DNA from: Octopus vulgaris
Lineage: Eukaryota
Assembly: GCA_951406725.2 (NCBI GenBank)
Contig: OX597836.1
Location: forward strand, 15,004,001 to 15,068,000
Direction: 5' to 3'
DNA length: 64,000 nt
The stretch's first letter is position 1, and each line of letters begins with the position of its first letter. Positions 62,330 through 64,000 of this stretch are shown here, piece by piece. Under the pieces are notes generated by a model that saw only the letters and a list, made by a program, of their open reading frames with translations, did not search any database and had not been told where the DNA came from. A program made the position numbers and the translations under genes.

Positions 62330-62740
62330 CTTTATTCTAAATATACAGTCTTCTAGTCTCAGATTTTAGTAGATGATAAAGAGATAAATAAATTGGAAAT
62401 GAATTACATACAACCCTATGACCCCACTATGCTCCATGCTATTCTAAGAAATTGTAGTCTGTTTTTCTTAGCCATTCTTGCAACAATAGTGACAACATGA
62501 ATTTATACATCTTCCTCTGTTGAAATATTTAAGAAAAATTATATTAATGTAGCCTACCTGTTGAAGTTCCACATATTTTTTTGTGCAGCTGAAGATAGCA
62601 CTGTATTCAAATTGATGTAATGATTGCATTGTTCAATGAAATGGAGCCACTTAAAATGGTCATACTGCATTACTACTTGATATCCTGTTGCTTATTTTGA
62701 TTTTATTCACCTTACTTCAAGCTGTGCAGATAATACCGGA
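62330..62740 (-). mobile_element. Probable decayed Penelope-like GIY-YIG region
   Basis: fragmentary resemblance (KIK.RISS, LNNA) across frameshifts. Confidence 0.4.
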
Positions 62741-62794
62741 CTGACTTGGTGCTTCAATTTAAGTACCTAATTCAACTGAATCTTAATTACTTCT

Positions 62795-62828
<34 letters not shown>

Positions 62829-63333
62829 TATATATATATACACACACACATACATACATATATGTACACACATACACGCATTTGTATGTGTATGCATGCT
62901 TTCTTATTGTGTAAATCTGTCACCAATATTCATTGGTAAAATAATGTAGCCATTGGAAAGAAAACCAATAATAAACCAAAGCATTCAGACAAAATGTACC
63001 TTGTGGTGTTTATTCTGCCCATGTTGCACAGACATCCCCTTTCCACACTTGCCATTGAAAATGTAGTGAACCAGTGATTGGTGTGTTACAAACCTGGAAC
63101 CAACAATTCTATTGTTCACAAAATATAAATAAAACAGAAATAAAAATAAATAAATCTATTATAATAAACGTCAAATTCTGTCTGTCCGTCCATCAGGGAC
63201 CCCTAAATCTCAGTCTACATTTGCTGAAAATAAAGAAACAAAAACAAAAAGAAAAAACACCCCTTGCCCAGTAAATTATAAAATACAAATCTGTGTTCAC
63301 TGTCAGATTATTAGGAAGAAAAAAAAACAAAAC

Positions 63334-63496
63334 AGGCACAGGAGTGGCTGTGTGGTAAGTAGCTTGTCAACCAACCACATGGTTCCGGGTTCAGTCCCAC
63401 TGCGTGGCACCTTGGGCAAGTGTCTTCTACTATAGCCTCGGGCCGACCAAAGCCTTGTGAGTGGATTTGGTAGACGGAAACTGAAAGAAGCTCGTC

Positions 63497-63531
<35 letters not shown>

Positions 63532-63750
63532 TGTGTTTGTGTGTCTGTGTTTGTCCCCCTAGCATTGCTTGACAACCGATGCTGGTGTGTTTATGTCCCC
63601 GTTACTTAGCGGTTCGGCAAAAGAGACCGATAGAATAAGTACTGGGCTTACAAAAGAATAAGTCCCGGGGTCGAGTTGCTCGATTAAAGGCGGTGCTCCA
63701 GCATGGTCGCAGTCAAATGACTGAAACAAGTAAAAGAGTAAAAAGAGTAA
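63334..63750 (+). mobile_element. SINE family A, full length
   Basis: family consensus. Confidence 0.88.
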
Positions 63751-64000
63751 AATAAGAACTAAAATTAAACAAAATAAAGCTGAAATTAAGCATTTAGAGA
63801 TAATGATGTGGTAAAATGATAAGGAGAGATGGTTTCATGTGCTTCGTTCGATCCATTTTCTCTTAGTCATCCCTTCGTATAAACTCTACAGATACTTTGG
63901 TATTTGAGAAGTATATCCAGTGACAGGAATATTCCCACTGTATGATGACATTTGATGGCCAATAACTGTGGAGAAGCTTTGCATAGCATACTACAAGGCT

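Noticed and set aside
62558-62629. Candidate GGPS1 start exon (MQSLHQFEYSAIFSCTKKYVELQQ, phase-0 donor on the minus strand)
   Set aside because: Phase fits, but it lies in what looks like a decayed Penelope-like region and has no recognisable similarity to GGPS1 N-termini; the true first exon may be tiny or outside the window.

Overview
AT-rich, repeat-dense eukaryotic genomic DNA. The SINE families and gene architecture resemble an octopus (coleoid cephalopod) genome; this is inferred from recollection, not from a search. Two intron-rich genes converge tail-to-tail about 5.7 kb apart. MUTYH (adenine DNA glycosylase, + strand) has 15 well-supported coding exons at 6260-30601 plus a tentative first exon at 2273-2300, giving about 484 aa. 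GGPS1 (geranylgeranyl diphosphate synthase, - strand) has 10 coding exons at 57813-36344 encoding 286 aa; its start exon was not found. The exon chains keep reading frame across GT-AG introns. Introns hold several tRNA-derived SINE families, a tandem-monomer (GAT)n-tailed retroposon, Merlin/piggyBac/hAT/pogo/mariner-type MITEs, and CR1-, RTE-, R4- and Penelope-like remnants, plus microsatellites. Most notable: (1) a ~200-bp non-coding element with a minimal type-I hammerhead ribozyme that sits repeatedly in the (TA)n tract of a SINE, with one core-intact copy in sense orientation in a GGPS1 intron; (2) minisatellites built from tandem branch-point-like motifs next to several 3' splice sites; (3) very long flanking duplications (47, 66 and 119 bp) around insertions; (4) large fold-back palindromes in MUTYH introns; (5) SINE multimers sharing one palindromic junction. 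Most ORFs in the supplied track are repeat-derived noise.
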